From contig CAXXHO010000005.1 of the NCBI GenBank assembly GCA_963667725.2, positions 1,024,001-1,088,000 on the forward strand: a stretch of 64,000 nucleotides of DNA. The letters run 5' to 3'. This DNA comes from Treponemataceae bacterium. Lineage in GTDB: Bacteria > Spirochaetota > Spirochaetia > Treponematales > Rectinemataceae. Shown here in pieces: positions 30,854-41,145 of the stretch. Position 1 is the stretch's first letter, and the number at the start of each line of letters is the position of its first letter. The position numbers and the translations under genes were made by a program. The notes under the pieces were generated by a model. The model saw nothing but the letters and a program-made list of their open reading frames with translations, did no database searches and had not been told where the DNA came from.

Positions 30854-31318
30854 TCATTCCTCCTTCTGGGCGGCGAGGAGATCGAAGGTGCCGAGCACGG
30901 CGGCGATGAACTTCGGACTGCCGTAGAGGACGTATTTCGCCTTCCGGATTTCGGGGTAGTAGAAGAAGTCGAAGCGCGTTTTGCCCCAGGAATCGTCCTT
31001 GCCGTTGAGCATGGCCATGAGGGAATTGGAAATCCGGCTCGCCTCTTCCGAATTCTCCTCGTCTATCTCCACCACCGCTGACACGGCGATTCGCTCCGCG
31101 AGGTTGGCGGCGTCCGTTTTGTTCTTTTCCGGGAGGGGTTTTTCCTCTCCGGCGAATTCGTTGTGGGCGTATTCCTTGAGTTCGTCCCGGCTGACCATCC
31201 AGGATCGGCCAATTTTACGCGCCTTGATTTTCCCTTCGTGGATAAAGCGCAGGATCGTCTTGGGGTGAAGTTTGAGTATATCCGATAGATTAGCGATGGA
31301 ATACAGTTTATGTTCCAT
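30854..31318 (-). CDS. Excisionase-like (HTH_17) DNA-binding protein with C-terminal domain
   Basis: YSIANLSDILKLHPKTILRFIHEGKIKARKIGRSWMV; upstream inverted repeat ATAGATA-N5-TATCTAT at 31332-31350. Confidence 0.8.
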   Translation of the reverse strand: MEHKLYSIANLSDILKLHPKTILRFIHEGKIKARKIGRSWMVSRDELKEYAHNEFAGEEKPLPEKNKTDAANLAERIAVSAVVEIDEENSEEASRISNSLMAMLNGKDDSWGKTRFDFFYYPEIRKAKYVLYGSPKFIAAVLGTFDLLAAQKEE

Positions 31319-31418
31319 AATGCTCCCTAAAATAGATAGTAATTATCTATAATAAGGAGTATATGGTAATATAATGAAAATTGTCAAGAACCAATAGTAA
31401 CAATAAGGAACATTTTTC

Positions 31419-32414
31419 TCAAGCCATGGCGCTTTTCCAGCGGCCGAGGATTTCCTCCATCTCCCTGTTCATCGTCGGATCGGGAACTTTACGCTCGGGG
31501 CGCGCGTCATACCATGCCAGGGAGCGGCGTAGTCCCTCGGGGAAGGAGACGGAAGGGTGGAATTCCGGCACGAATCGCCTGATCTTCGAGTTGTCGAAGA
31601 TGACGCTGACCGCCTTGTCGCCCAAAAGGCCGGCTCCTCGTTCGGGATTGATCCGGGCGATATATTCCGAGGGGATGCGGACAAGCCTTGGCTCGACGCC
31701 CAAGGCTTCCGCCGTGATGGCGTGGATGGCGGACCAGGTCAGGTGGTCGTCGGAGGTGATGTGGAAGGCTTCCGAGAGCGCGGCCGGATTCCCCAGGAGT
31801 CCCACCAGGCCCACCGCGAAATCGGAGGCGTGGGTGAGGGTCCATAGCGACTGTCCGTCGCCGGGCACGATCACTTCCTTCCCTTCCTTGAGGCGCCAGG
31901 CCAGGCCGTAGCTGGCCGAGCCGAAGCAGCCCGGTATCCATCCGTCGCCGTAGGTGTGCGAGGGGCGGATGATCGTATAGGGAAAGGAGCGTTCCCGCGC
32001 CTTGGCCGTCAGAACCTTTTCGCAGGCGATTTTCTGCCGTGAATATTCCCAGAAGGGATTTTCGAGGGGCGTCGACTCGGTGATGATGGGGCTGAGCGAT
32101 GGTTTTTGATAGGCCGAAGCGGTGCTTATCAGCACATACTGACCAGTGACGCCATCAAACATATCCATGTCCGCTTCCACGTGTTCGGGACGGTAGGCGA
32201 GGAACTGCACGATGCTGTCGAACCTGAGCCCCGCGATGGCCGTCCTCACGGTTTCCGGATTCCTGATGTCGGCCTTGAGGGATTTTACGCCTGTATTTTC
32301 CCTTTCAGGCCTGCTTCCGCGGTTCAGGTGGAACACTTCGAAGCCTTTTTCCAGTGCTCGCTCGGTGCAGGCGCTGGAAATATTGCCGGTTCCTCCGATA
32401 AAGAGTACGCGCAT
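31419..32414 (-). CDS. NAD-dependent epimerase/dehydratase (atypical SDR)
   Basis: IGGTGNIS, ISTASAY, YSRQK, IRPSHTYG. Confidence 0.88.
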   Translation of the reverse strand: MRVLFIGGTGNISSACTERALEKGFEVFHLNRGSRPERENTGVKSLKADIRNPETVRTAIAGLRFDSIVQFLAYRPEHVEADMDMFDGVTGQYVLISTASAYQKPSLSPIITESTPLENPFWEYSRQKIACEKVLTAKARERSFPYTIIRPSHTYGDGWIPGCFGSASYGLAWRLKEGKEVIVPGDGQSLWTLTHASDFAVGLVGLLGNPAALSEAFHITSDDHLTWSAIHAITAEALGVEPRLVRIPSEYIARINPERGAGLLGDKAVSVIFDNSKIRRFVPEFHPSVSFPEGLRRSLAWYDARPERKVPDPTMNREMEEILGRWKSAMA

Positions 32415-32443
32415 AGAATCACCTCTTCGGTTTCGTTTTATTA

Positions 32444-32472
32444 TTGACAACTGACGTCTTACAACTTAAAAT
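32444..32472 (+). promoter_or_regulatory. Sigma70-type promoter for the M24-tctCBA operon
   Basis: TTGACA-17 bp-TAAAAT. Confidence 0.7.
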
Positions 32473-32524
32473 TATGGACAAGTGTAGTGATTTGTCAAGG
32501 AAGATTGCCGGATAAGGAGCGTCG

Positions 32525-33631
32525 ATGTTCGAATTTGTGCCCGAAGAGATCGTTGAAAAGAAGCGCCGAGTCAGGGCTCTGCTTGAGACGCTCGAGCTGG
32601 ACGCGATCTACCTGAAGAAGAGCGCCAATTTTTCCTGGGTGACCGGCGGCGGATACAACATCGTGGGCATGGCGACCGAAATCGGCATCGCCGGCATTCT
32701 CATCACCGCCGATCGGGAATATGTCGTCTGCGGCAATATCGAAGCGGCCCGGATGGAAAACGAAGAACGTCTTGTCGATCAGGGCTATGAAATAGTCAGC
32801 TTTCCCTGGAATGATGATAAGGAAGCGGCGATCGTCGGATCGCTCGCGGGTCCAAGACTCGGCGCCGACCATGGCCTGCCCGGCGCGACGGACATTTCGT
32901 CGAAGATACAACCCCTCCGTTATTCGCTCACTCCTTGGGAGATCGTCAGGTATCGGAAACAGGCGCTCGACACGGCGCGCATTGCCGAGGAAACAGCCAT
33001 GGGCATTAGGCCGGGCGACGAAGAGCGGGAAGTGATCGGTAGGCTTTCCGAAAAGCTTTGGAAGAGCGGGATGGATTTCATCATAGCGTTTTGCGCCGCC
33101 GATGATCGCATCGCGCGCTTTCGTCATCCCGTGGCCACGGACAGGAAGATCGAAAGAAGGGCGATGATCAGCGTGAATTCGAGAAAGCGCGGTCTGATCG
33201 TGTCCATCACGCGTTTCGTGCAGTTCGGCAAAATCCCTGCCGATCTTAGGCAGCTATATGAAGACAATGTCTATGTCGATTCCGCGATGATGGCCGCCAC
33301 CCAGCCAGGACGCCCGGCGGTGGAAGTCTATGAAGTGGCGCTTCGCGCCTATGCCGAAAAAGGTTACCCCGAGGAATACAGGCTCCACCACCAGGGCGGT
33401 TCCATCGGCTACGCGGGCAGAGACTATAAGGTTACCGCCGCGACGAAAGAGATCATACAGGAAAATCAGGCGTTCACGTGGAATCCATCCATTACGGGAA
33501 TGAAGAGCGAGGATACGATGCTCGCCACGGCCAAAGGTCCGGTTGTCCTGTCCGAACCCGTGCTTTTCCCCATTCTGACGATGGAGAAAGACGGCTTTAC
33601 GTTCCGAAGACCAGGGATTCTTGAGTTGTAG
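32525..33631 (+). CDS. M24 (pita-bread) fold hydrolase, creatinase/Xaa-Pro peptidase-like
   Basis: Creatinase-like N-domain; [29 protein letters not shown]. Confidence 0.8.
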   Translation: MFEFVPEEIVEKKRRVRALLETLELDAIYLKKSANFSWVTGGGYNIVGMATEIGIAGILITADREYVVCGNIEAARMENEERLVDQGYEIVSFPWNDDKEAAIVGSLAGPRLGADHGLPGATDISSKIQPLRYSLTPWEIVRYRKQALDTARIAEETAMGIRPGDEEREVIGRLSEKLWKSGMDFIIAFCAADDRIARFRHPVATDRKIERRAMISVNSRKRGLIVSITRFVQFGKIPADLRQLYEDNVYVDSAMMAATQPGRPAVEVYEVALRAYAEKGYPEEYRLHHQGGSIGYAGRDYKVTAATKEIIQENQAFTWNPSITGMKSEDTMLATAKGPVVLSEPVLFPILTMEKDGFTFRRPGILEL

Positions 33632-33674
33632 GACGGGAAGACCGTCCTGCAAACCAATCAATAGGAGGCTTTCG

Positions 33675-34646
33675 ATGAAAATGAAGAGACTGGTGCTTCT
33701 CGTCTCCGCGCTCGTTCTTTTCGCGACGCTCAATGTCGGGGCGCAGCAGAAGAAATTCCCCGAAAGGGAGCTCGAAGTGATGGTGCCCTGGGCGGCCGGC
33801 GGAGCGACCGACGTCATGGTGCGCATCTTCGCGCCCGTCATCCAGAAGTATCTGGGCGTTCCTCTTCTCGTCACCAATAAACCGGGCGGGGCGGCGGTTC
33901 CCGGCTATGTCGAGGCGATGACGAAGAAGAACGATGGCCACTACCTCGTCGCCTGGGCGACTCCCTCCCTCACGGTCACCCATATGCAGAAGACGCCCTA
34001 CGACGCCAACACCTTCGAACCCATCATCGATGTCGTCATGGCGCCGGTATGGTTCCTGGCTCCCGCCAATTCGCCCTATAAAAACCTGAAGGATCTGGTC
34101 GAGGACGCGAAGAAGCGCCCCGGCATGGTCAATCTGGGCAACGCGGGCGCCGGCGGCGGCACCCACATGATAGCCCTGGCCTTTGAATCGGCCGTCGGCG
34201 TCAAGTTCAACCATGTTCCTCATGCCGGCGGAGCCCCGGCGGTAACGGCGGCGGTAGCCGGCCAGGTGGACGTCATCACTTGCGGACCCCCCGAAGGCGT
34301 GCCCCAGCTCGCGGCCGGCCAGCTCAAGTGCCTCGGCGTCTTCTCCGAAGGCCGCCTCAAGGAGTTCCCCAACTACCCGACAGCCATGGAGCTGGGCTAC
34401 GATTTCGCCATGGGGCAGTGGAGGGGACTTGCCGCGCTCAAGGGCACCGATCCCGCCAAGATCAAGATCCTGCACGACGGTTTCAAGGCGGCCATGGAAG
34501 ATCCCGAGTTCATAAAGCTCGCGGCCCAGGCGGGGCTCCTTCTCGACTACCGCAACACCGAGGACTTCAGGAAACTCATCCAGAAGGAAGACGATTATTA
34601 CGAGAAGGTCGTGAAGGACAACAAACTGGGAAGCAAGTATAAATAA
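33675..34646 (+). CDS. tctC: Tripartite tricarboxylate transporter substrate-binding protein
   Basis: GGAGG RBS; signal peptide; [26 protein letters not shown]. Confidence 0.92.
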   Translation: MKMKRLVLLVSALVLFATLNVGAQQKKFPERELEVMVPWAAGGATDVMVRIFAPVIQKYLGVPLLVTNKPGGAAVPGYVEAMTKKNDGHYLVAWATPSLTVTHMQKTPYDANTFEPIIDVVMAPVWFLAPANSPYKNLKDLVEDAKKRPGMVNLGNAGAGGGTHMIALAFESAVGVKFNHVPHAGGAPAVTAAVAGQVDVITCGPPEGVPQLAAGQLKCLGVFSEGRLKEFPNYPTAMELGYDFAMGQWRGLAALKGTDPAKIKILHDGFKAAMEDPEFIKLAAQAGLLLDYRNTEDFRKLIQKEDDYYEKVVKDNKLGSKYK

Positions 34647-35131
34647 TGGGCAAGATTGACATTATATGCGGCTTCCTCGCGGGGGCCGTTTCCTTGCTTT
34701 TCTACGTAGGGACGCTCTCATTCCCCGACATCAGCATCGGCATCAATCCGAGGGCTTATCCCCTCGTGATCATCATCGCTTCCTTTGCGCTCTCTTTGCT
34801 CCTGATTGCCCAGGGCGCGATGAAGATGCGGAGGGAGAAGGCTCCGGCCAGGGAAGGGGAAGGCGGCGCGACTAGGGCGAGGACCCTGCCCAGGGGCAAG
34901 ACGGCATGGTATCTCGTCATGCTGACGGCGGGCATGCTCGCCTACGCCCTGTCCATGGAGGATCTGGGCTATATCGTCGTGACGCCTTTCCTGACCGCCC
35001 TGACCATGTGGCTATTCGGCGAGCGTAAACCATTGAAGATCATATTCGTGTCGGTACTCGTCTCGATTGTCCTGTACTGGATATTCAGGAGCGTCTTTCG
35101 CGTTCCGCTGCCTCGTTCTTTCATCTGGTGA
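34646..35131 (+). CDS. tctB: Tripartite tricarboxylate transporter small subunit
   Basis: NPRAYP, ~4 TM segments, FRVPLP; lies between tctC and tctA. Confidence 0.85.
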   Translation: MGKIDIICGFLAGAVSLLFYVGTLSFPDISIGINPRAYPLVIIIASFALSLLLIAQGAMKMRREKAPAREGEGGATRARTLPRGKTAWYLVMLTAGMLAYALSMEDLGYIVVTPFLTALTMWLFGERKPLKIIFVSVLVSIVLYWIFRSVFRVPLPRSFIW

Positions 35132-35144
35132 GAGGAGAATCGAC

Positions 35145-36629
35145 ATGACTGGAATAACAGAAGCGCTGGTTTTCGTTCTCACCCACATCCATTTCCTCAT
35201 CATCGGCGTGGCGGGGGGCATCATCGTGGGGGCGATCCCCGGGCTCTCCGGATCCACGGGTATCATATTGATGCTCCCCTTCCTCATCTACATCGATCCT
35301 TCGGCGGCCCTCATCATGATGAGCGGTCTTTTCTGCGGATCGATGTTCGGGGGATCCATAGCGGCCGTCCTCATCTCGACGCCGGGAACGCCCTCGGCCG
35401 CCGCGACCGTGCTGGACGGCTATCCGCTCACGAAAAAAGGCCAGGCGGGGAAGGCCCTGGGCGTGGCCCTGGTCGCTTCCACGGCCGGGGGCGTCATATC
35501 CACGCTCTGCCTCATTTTCCTCGCGCCGGAACTGGCCAAGATCGCGCTGAAGTTCGGACCCTCCGAATACTTCGCCCTCATGATCTTCGGCCTTACCATC
35601 ATGGCGAGCGTGTCGTCGGCTTCCCTCACGAAAGGTCTCCTTTCGGGCTTTTTCGGCCTCCTCCTGTCGATGGTCGGCCTCAACCCCACCCTTGGCACCG
35701 AGCGCTTCACCTTCGGCGTAATCCGCCTTCTCACCGGCTTTTCCATGATGCCCGTGCTCATAGGTCTTTTCGCCATCTCCGAAGTGCTCTTGCAGGTGGA
35801 ACTCTTCAATGATGGCAAGATCCTGCGGGTTTCGAAAAAGCACAAGATCGGGGAGATCATGCCCAGGGGCAAGGAGCTGAAGGGGCTCTGGAAGGTCATC
35901 CTCGGATCTTCGATCCTCGGGACGATCATAGGGATTATCCCAGCGACGGGCGGTTCGATAGCTTCCTTCATGGCCTACAATGAAACCAAGCGCTTTTCGA
36001 AGGACCCTGATTCCTTCGGCAAGGGGAATCTGGCGGGCATAGCGGCCCCTGAGGCGGCGAACAACGCCACGACGGGCGGGGCGATGATCCCTCTCATAAC
36101 GATGGGCATTCCTGGCGACGTCGTCACTTCCGTCATGCTGGGGGCTTTGATGATCATCGGGGTTCAGCCCGGCCCCCTTCTCTTCACGCAGTCGCCCCAG
36201 ATCGTGAACAATCTCTTCATGGGATTCCTGATTGCTCAGTTTCTCATGCTGGGATTGGGCTATCTGGGCATCCGCGCCTCGAACCTGATTCTCAAGGTTT
36301 CCCTCGGCATACTCTACCCCATCATTCTCTGCCTCTGCCTTTTGGGCGCCTACTCCCTGGGCAACAGCGCCTATGACGTCCTTCTCGCGCTGATTTTCGG
36401 AGTCGTCGGCTACTTCATGAAGAAGTACGGCTTCTCCGCGCCGTCGGTCATCCTGGGGCTCATCCTGGGACCGATCGCCGAACAGGAACTGGGAAGGGCG
36501 CTGATCATATCGCATGGCGACTGGACGGTGCTGTTCACCTCGCCCTTGTCGATCATGTTCTATGTCTTCGCAATCCTTTCGGTAACTTATTCGCTGGGGT
36601 TGTTCAACAAGAAAAAGAAGGCTGTGTGA
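35145..36629 (+). CDS. tctA: Tripartite tricarboxylate transporter large subunit
   Basis: GGSIAAVLISTPGTP, DGYPL, APEAANNA, MGIPGD. Confidence 0.95.
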   Translation: MTGITEALVFVLTHIHFLIIGVAGGIIVGAIPGLSGSTGIILMLPFLIYIDPSAALIMMSGLFCGSMFGGSIAAVLISTPGTPSAAATVLDGYPLTKKGQAGKALGVALVASTAGGVISTLCLIFLAPELAKIALKFGPSEYFALMIFGLTIMASVSSASLTKGLLSGFFGLLLSMVGLNPTLGTERFTFGVIRLLTGFSMMPVLIGLFAISEVLLQVELFNDGKILRVSKKHKIGEIMPRGKELKGLWKVILGSSILGTIIGIIPATGGSIASFMAYNETKRFSKDPDSFGKGNLAGIAAPEAANNATTGGAMIPLITMGIPGDVVTSVMLGALMIIGVQPGPLLFTQSPQIVNNLFMGFLIAQFLMLGLGYLGIRASNLILKVSLGILYPIILCLCLLGAYSLGNSAYDVLLALIFGVVGYFMKKYGFSAPSVILGLILGPIAEQELGRALIISHGDWTVLFTSPLSIMFYVFAILSVTYSLGLFNKKKKAV

Positions 36630-36682
36630 GGGGCGCAAGGAGATAAGCTCGCGTGATGAGTGCGGGGCGATGAGTGCTGGGC

Positions 36683-39646
36683 TTATAAGCGCGGGCCGAG
36701 GCGGGCGCCCGCGTCGGCCGGGGCTAAGTCGGTCAGTTCCAGAAGTCCCTTCATGTCGATGGAGCCGTCGCCGCGTGGTTCGGGCGCGATGCCGGCGGTG
36801 TCGACGCTGACAAAGATGTCGGCGCCCAGGCTAAGGCCCTGTGCGTTGACACACTTCGCGCCGTTCCAGAAGTAATTGTCCGCCGACGCGAGCTCAGGTC
36901 TTTCCCTGTAGTTGTCGCCTGTGCCGCCAGCCATCGAGATGAGACCGCTCGCCCTGAGGAGCCGCTCTCCGTCGCCCTTCCCGTACAGGCTTATGTTCGC
37001 GCCCTTGTTTCCGTAGGAAGTGCAGCGCTCCAGGATCACCGCCGGGTTGGAGTTGGAGGTGATGCCGCTCGCGCCGTTGGCCCAGGCCAGGCTGTTCCGC
37101 AGGATGTGGGGCACGGCTATCCCGTCCCCGCCCAGCTTGAAGCCGTTGCCGTCGCCGTTGCCCGAGCCGTCGGAGAGGGAGCCGTTCCTGTAAGCCGCGC
37201 AGTCTTCGATGAGGACGGCACCGATGGGTCCCGTCTCGATTTTGCTGAAGAGATCCCAGCCGTCGTCGATGTTGTGCCAGGCCAGGCAGCCCCTGAACAC
37301 GCTGCCCTCGCCTACGGTGAGCTTGGCGGCGAAGCCGTCCGCGTTGTTGGCGGCCGGGTCGCTGTTGTCGTGCGAGGCGCAGTTCTGGATCAGGTTGTCC
37401 TTCGGCCACTTTTCGGGCGGCTCGAGGCTCGATCCGCTGATCTGCAGGCCCGTGTCGCCGCAGCTGTAGGTCCGAACATTCCTGATTATATTATGGTTTC
37501 CTGCTACCTGGAGGCCTTTGACGTTGTCCGGCGTGTCGCGGATGTCGATGCCCTCGATGGTCCACCAATCGCCCGCCAGCAGCATGCCGCCCGAGGCCGA
37601 GTAGCCGAAATCGAAGATCGCCCGTTCGCCGGGCGCCGACATCAGGACCTTGCGCAGCGCCGGCGTCCCATTGTTGCCGCGCTCGATCGTCACGGATTTG
37701 GGGGGGTAGTAGACGCCTCCCTTGAGAAGGATCGGCTGTCCGGGCTTCGCGTAATACAGGGCCGAGCTCAGGTCCAGGGGCGATTCCATCGAGCCGTCCC
37801 CGAAAACCGAGCCCTCTCGCGACACATAGAGCCTGTCGCCCTCAATCGTCCGGTAGATCACGGTATGGCCGAGGGAGATGGGCTCGCTGCTCTCCACATA
37901 TTTCCGCAGTTCCCTGTCGTAGCGGGCTATGGCCATCATTTCGCCGGGCCTGAAATCGGGATCGGGCGTAAAGGTGAGGAAGAAGTCGTTGATGCCCCAG
38001 GCGAGTTCGATGTCGGCGGTGAAATCCTCGAGCGCCGTGACGCGGGCACCGTCGATGACGAGGTTGCGGTCCTTGTCTTTCATGGTGAGTCGGCCGTTGG
38101 CGTTCGAAGTGAAGACGAAGGGGTAGGATGTCGTCGTGTACGAGGAGGGGGAGTCCACCATGGCGACAAGGGGGACGAGTTCCTGAGGCTCCTTTTGTGC
38201 CGGCGGATCCGTCCTGGGATCGGTGACGGTCATCGAGACATCGCTGACGGTGACGTTGCAGCCCCTCGCCACCGAAAAGCCGACGTACAGGTGCTCGGGA
38301 TCGAGCTGGAGGAGCTTTTCGGGGCCGTACATGACATATTCGGTGACGGTTTCCTCCGTCGCGTAGGGTTTTTCGAGGACGGCGTGGTAGCCTGAGTTGG
38401 TCTTCTTCAGCGTCAGGGTGAATCGGTCGCCGGCCCTTACGAGGTCGGAGCTGTCGTAGCTGTAGGCCCTCGACAGGCTCGTGCCCCTCTGGGCTATCCC
38501 TGAGTCCCCGGAGGCGATGATTTCCTTTGTCAGGCCCGAGACGAAGCGCGCGCCGAGGGTGTCCTTGCTCGTCTTCTTGACTCCGTCGATCGTCTCCTCG
38601 AACTTGGTGGCGATGATGCCGGCCGAGTTCGTGTAGTGATTGGCCGAGCTGACGCCCTGGGCGCCCAGGCTGTCCAGGGCGAGAAGGCCGAAGCCTTCCT
38701 GGCCGTCGGCCGTGGGGTTGATGTAGTCGATGGTGAAGGTGGCCTTGAGCTCAAAATTCTCGGTTTCGGGATCGATCACCGTATAATAGAAGGAAATTCC
38801 GTCGTGGAAGGCGGTGTACTTGCCGCCTTTCTGGTCGATCTGGCCGTCGGCCGGATTGAAGGAGCAGGATTTGAGCCTGAAGACGAACTCATCCGCGTCG
38901 ATCATCTCCATGCTGTTCAATTCGGCCTTGCTGGATTGGCCGAACCAGGTGAAGAACCACTCCCTTTCCGCCTCGGCCTTGGCCAGCTTGAGGAGGGGTT
39001 TCGAGGACGAACTCTCCCGGTCTCGGATGGCCGAGACGGTGAAGGCGTAGCGCCGGCCGGGGATAAGGCCCGCGATAGTCGTCTCCGTTCCGAGGGAAAT
39101 CGCCGACTCGGCGGCAGCTGAGCCCTCGGGCTTCCAGGAAACGATATAGTGTTCCGCTTCCTTGACTGGCTCCCAGCTGATGAGCATAGCGCCTTTGCCG
39201 GCGTTCCGGGCTTGGATGGCGGGCGGTGTCAGGGGGAGGGAGAAGTCGAATGAAAGAGCGGGGGAGGTTTTCGTCTCCGCGACGCCGGTCCTGGATGCGA
39301 CGATGGAGAAGAGATAGGTACCGCTTTTGGGCGGCTTGAATTCAGCGGTTTTTATCTCTCTGGATGATCGGCCGAGCAGTTTTGTCTCGAGCTTGCCGCC
39401 AGCGGCGTCCATCATGATCACCGCCGCCCGGTCGGCTCCCTTGCTGCCGATCTCGAGCCTGAAGGCGACGAGCAGGGTATCGGGACGATCCGGCGCGAGG
39501 CTCAGCGAGACGAATTCCGGCCCGGCGACCTTGTCCCAGGCCGACCGCGCATCCTGCGCGGAGCCGGGCGCGGCCAGGGCGAGGCAGGATAACAGGACCA
39601 TCAGCCCGCGTTTCACGGGCGGGCCTTTCGGGGCGAATCCGGCCAT
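36683..39646 (-). CDS. Secreted family 9 polysaccharide (pectate) lyase with FN3-like and N-terminal accessory domains
   Basis: Signal peptide; FN3-like repeat; PL9 beta-helix motifs DTGLQISG, NADGFAAK, NIDDGWDLF, GDGNGFKLGG. Confidence 0.9.
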   Translation of the reverse strand: MAGFAPKGPPVKRGLMVLLSCLALAAPGSAQDARSAWDKVAGPEFVSLSLAPDRPDTLLVAFRLEIGSKGADRAAVIMMDAAGGKLETKLLGRSSREIKTAEFKPPKSGTYLFSIVASRTGVAETKTSPALSFDFSLPLTPPAIQARNAGKGAMLISWEPVKEAEHYIVSWKPEGSAAAESAISLGTETTIAGLIPGRRYAFTVSAIRDRESSSSKPLLKLAKAEAEREWFFTWFGQSSKAELNSMEMIDADEFVFRLKSCSFNPADGQIDQKGGKYTAFHDGISFYYTVIDPETENFELKATFTIDYINPTADGQEGFGLLALDSLGAQGVSSANHYTNSAGIIATKFEETIDGVKKTSKDTLGARFVSGLTKEIIASGDSGIAQRGTSLSRAYSYDSSDLVRAGDRFTLTLKKTNSGYHAVLEKPYATEETVTEYVMYGPEKLLQLDPEHLYVGFSVARGCNVTVSDVSMTVTDPRTDPPAQKEPQELVPLVAMVDSPSSYTTTSYPFVFTSNANGRLTMKDKDRNLVIDGARVTALEDFTADIELAWGINDFFLTFTPDPDFRPGEMMAIARYDRELRKYVESSEPISLGHTVIYRTIEGDRLYVSREGSVFGDGSMESPLDLSSALYYAKPGQPILLKGGVYYPPKSVTIERGNNGTPALRKVLMSAPGERAIFDFGYSASGGMLLAGDWWTIEGIDIRDTPDNVKGLQVAGNHNIIRNVRTYSCGDTGLQISGSSLEPPEKWPKDNLIQNCASHDNSDPAANNADGFAAKLTVGEGSVFRGCLAWHNIDDGWDLFSKIETGPIGAVLIEDCAAYRNGSLSDGSGNGDGNGFKLGGDGIAVPHILRNSLAWANGASGITSNSNPAVILERCTSYGNKGANISLYGKGDGERLLRASGLISMAGGTGDNYRERPELASADNYFWNGAKCVNAQGLSLGADIFVSVDTAGIAPEPRGDGSIDMKGLLELTDLAPADAGARLGPRL

Positions 39647-39654
39647 GGGAGACC

Positions 39655-40161
39655 TTACTTGATGAAAATCTGGTAGATATTGATTCCGCTGCTCTTGGAG
39701 TAGAGAACGTATTCTCCCGCGCCAGGCAAGACGGCCTTCGCGATACCCGCGTTCTTTTCGTCGTCGGGTGGAGCCACCAGCTCGGCGATCACCGCCCCGT
39801 CGGCAAGCTTAACCAGCACCAGGGTGCGGGCGTCGGTCTTGCTGGAGCTGTTGGCATAGATGAGGACTTCGGCAGCGCCGGCGGCCGAAAAATGAATCGA
39901 GCGGTAATCGGCCGCGCCGCCGCCGTTCAGTTTGATCCTATTGTTGAAGACTTCGCCGTCTGCCGCCACGCGGGGCGCCGACATGACTTCGATGGTCACG
40001 CCCTTGTCGCTTCGGGCGAAGATGGCGAAGCTGCCGAATGCCTTGGTCGCCGTGATCTGAGCGGCCTCGAGATCGTTCGCCGTGAAGAATTCCTCGGCGC
40101 CCAGCGTGGCGGTCGTGAAAAGGCTGGCCATAAGGCAGAGCAGGAATAATCCTTTTTTCAT
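39655..40161 (-). CDS. Secreted stand-alone carbohydrate-binding protein, CBM77-like (pectin-binding)
   Basis: Signal peptide; FNNRIKLNGGG..RSIHF..VLIYANS..RTLVL..AGEYVLYS..GINIY recalls CBM77; directly upstream of the PL9 gene. Confidence 0.6.
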   Translation of the reverse strand: MKKGLFLLCLMASLFTTATLGAEEFFTANDLEAAQITATKAFGSFAIFARSDKGVTIEVMSAPRVAADGEVFNNRIKLNGGGAADYRSIHFSAAGAAEVLIYANSSSKTDARTLVLVKLADGAVIAELVAPPDDEKNAGIAKAVLPGAGEYVLYSKSSGINIYQIFIK

Positions 40162-40301
40162 GGTCATCGGTATGCCTCCTGATGGTACCAGGCGCCCCGG
40201 TTTTGACGGGGACAGCCCGCGGCGACGCCGCCTCCCTCAGTATACCTTCACTTTCTTACACAAAACAGGCGGATTTTTGGACAAAGGCGACATGATAAGT
40301 C

Positions 40302-41021
40302 TTAACGTGCTTCTTCAGGCTCAGGGGAGGCCGATTGCTTTGTCAGTGTGCGCCGGTAGCTCGCGTCGAGGTGGCTGTGCATGGCGTCGAAGGATCGTTC
40401 GGGGTCGCGGGCGGCTATCGCTTCGTAGATGACTCTGTGTTCCTCGAAGGCGTGGCGGTGGTCTTCGCTCGTGCGCGGGGCGTCTTTGTAGGTCTTGACG
40501 ATCGAGTCCATTATGATCGGTATGAGGCGGATGATGACGGGATTCTTGGTCGCCTCGGCGATGCTCCGATGGAAATTGAGTTCGACGTTTATTCCCACTT
40601 TGCGTTGATAGACGATTTCTTCCATGTCGCGGACGCATGCGGCGATTTTCTCAATATCCTGGTCGTCGGCCGTCTGCGCGGCCAGCCGGGCCACCCCGGG
40701 CTCGATGATGAGACGGGCCTGAATAAGGGCGAGGCGCAGATTGGGACTCATGATGAAATCCAGCCCAAGGGGGTCTTCGGCGATGCCGGGCATCTGGGAG
40801 ACATAGGTACCCTTGCCCCTGTGGATTTCGAGGACACCTTGCGAGGCGAGCGTCTTCACCGCTTCGCGGATAGTCGGTCTCGAGACCGAAAAGAGAGCGC
40901 AAAGCTCCAGCTCATTCGGAAGCTTGTCGCCCGGCTTGAGCTTTTCGTTGAGGATGAGTTCCTTGATATGGGCGGCGACTTCCTGCGAACGTCGTTTTCC
41001 CGTAGACAGATTGGTGTACAT
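40302..41021 (-). CDS. GntR family (FadR subfamily) regulator
   Basis: PGDKLPNE, VSRPTIREA, GKGTYV; FCD domain FHRSIAEATKN, EHRVI. Confidence 0.93.
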   Translation of the reverse strand: MYTNLSTGKRRSQEVAAHIKELILNEKLKPGDKLPNELELCALFSVSRPTIREAVKTLASQGVLEIHRGKGTYVSQMPGIAEDPLGLDFIMSPNLRLALIQARLIIEPGVARLAAQTADDQDIEKIAACVRDMEEIVYQRKVGINVELNFHRSIAEATKNPVIIRLIPIIMDSIVKTYKDAPRTSEDHRHAFEEHRVIYEAIAARDPERSFDAMHSHLDASYRRTLTKQSASPEPEEAR

Positions 41022-41145
41022 GATACCTCGTCCCTAGCAAAAACCTTGCGTGATCAGATGTCTTACCTTACTACGTCCGCGCCCTTGCCGCAAGATCGAA
41101 CATCGCGTCGCTCCTGGCGGGCGGGGCGCGGATCACCGCGCCGGC

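Noticed and set aside
30854..31318. Excisionase of a prophage or ICE
   Set aside because: No integrase, att site or phage genes nearby; the extra C-terminal domain and upstream inverted repeat fit a stand-alone regulator.
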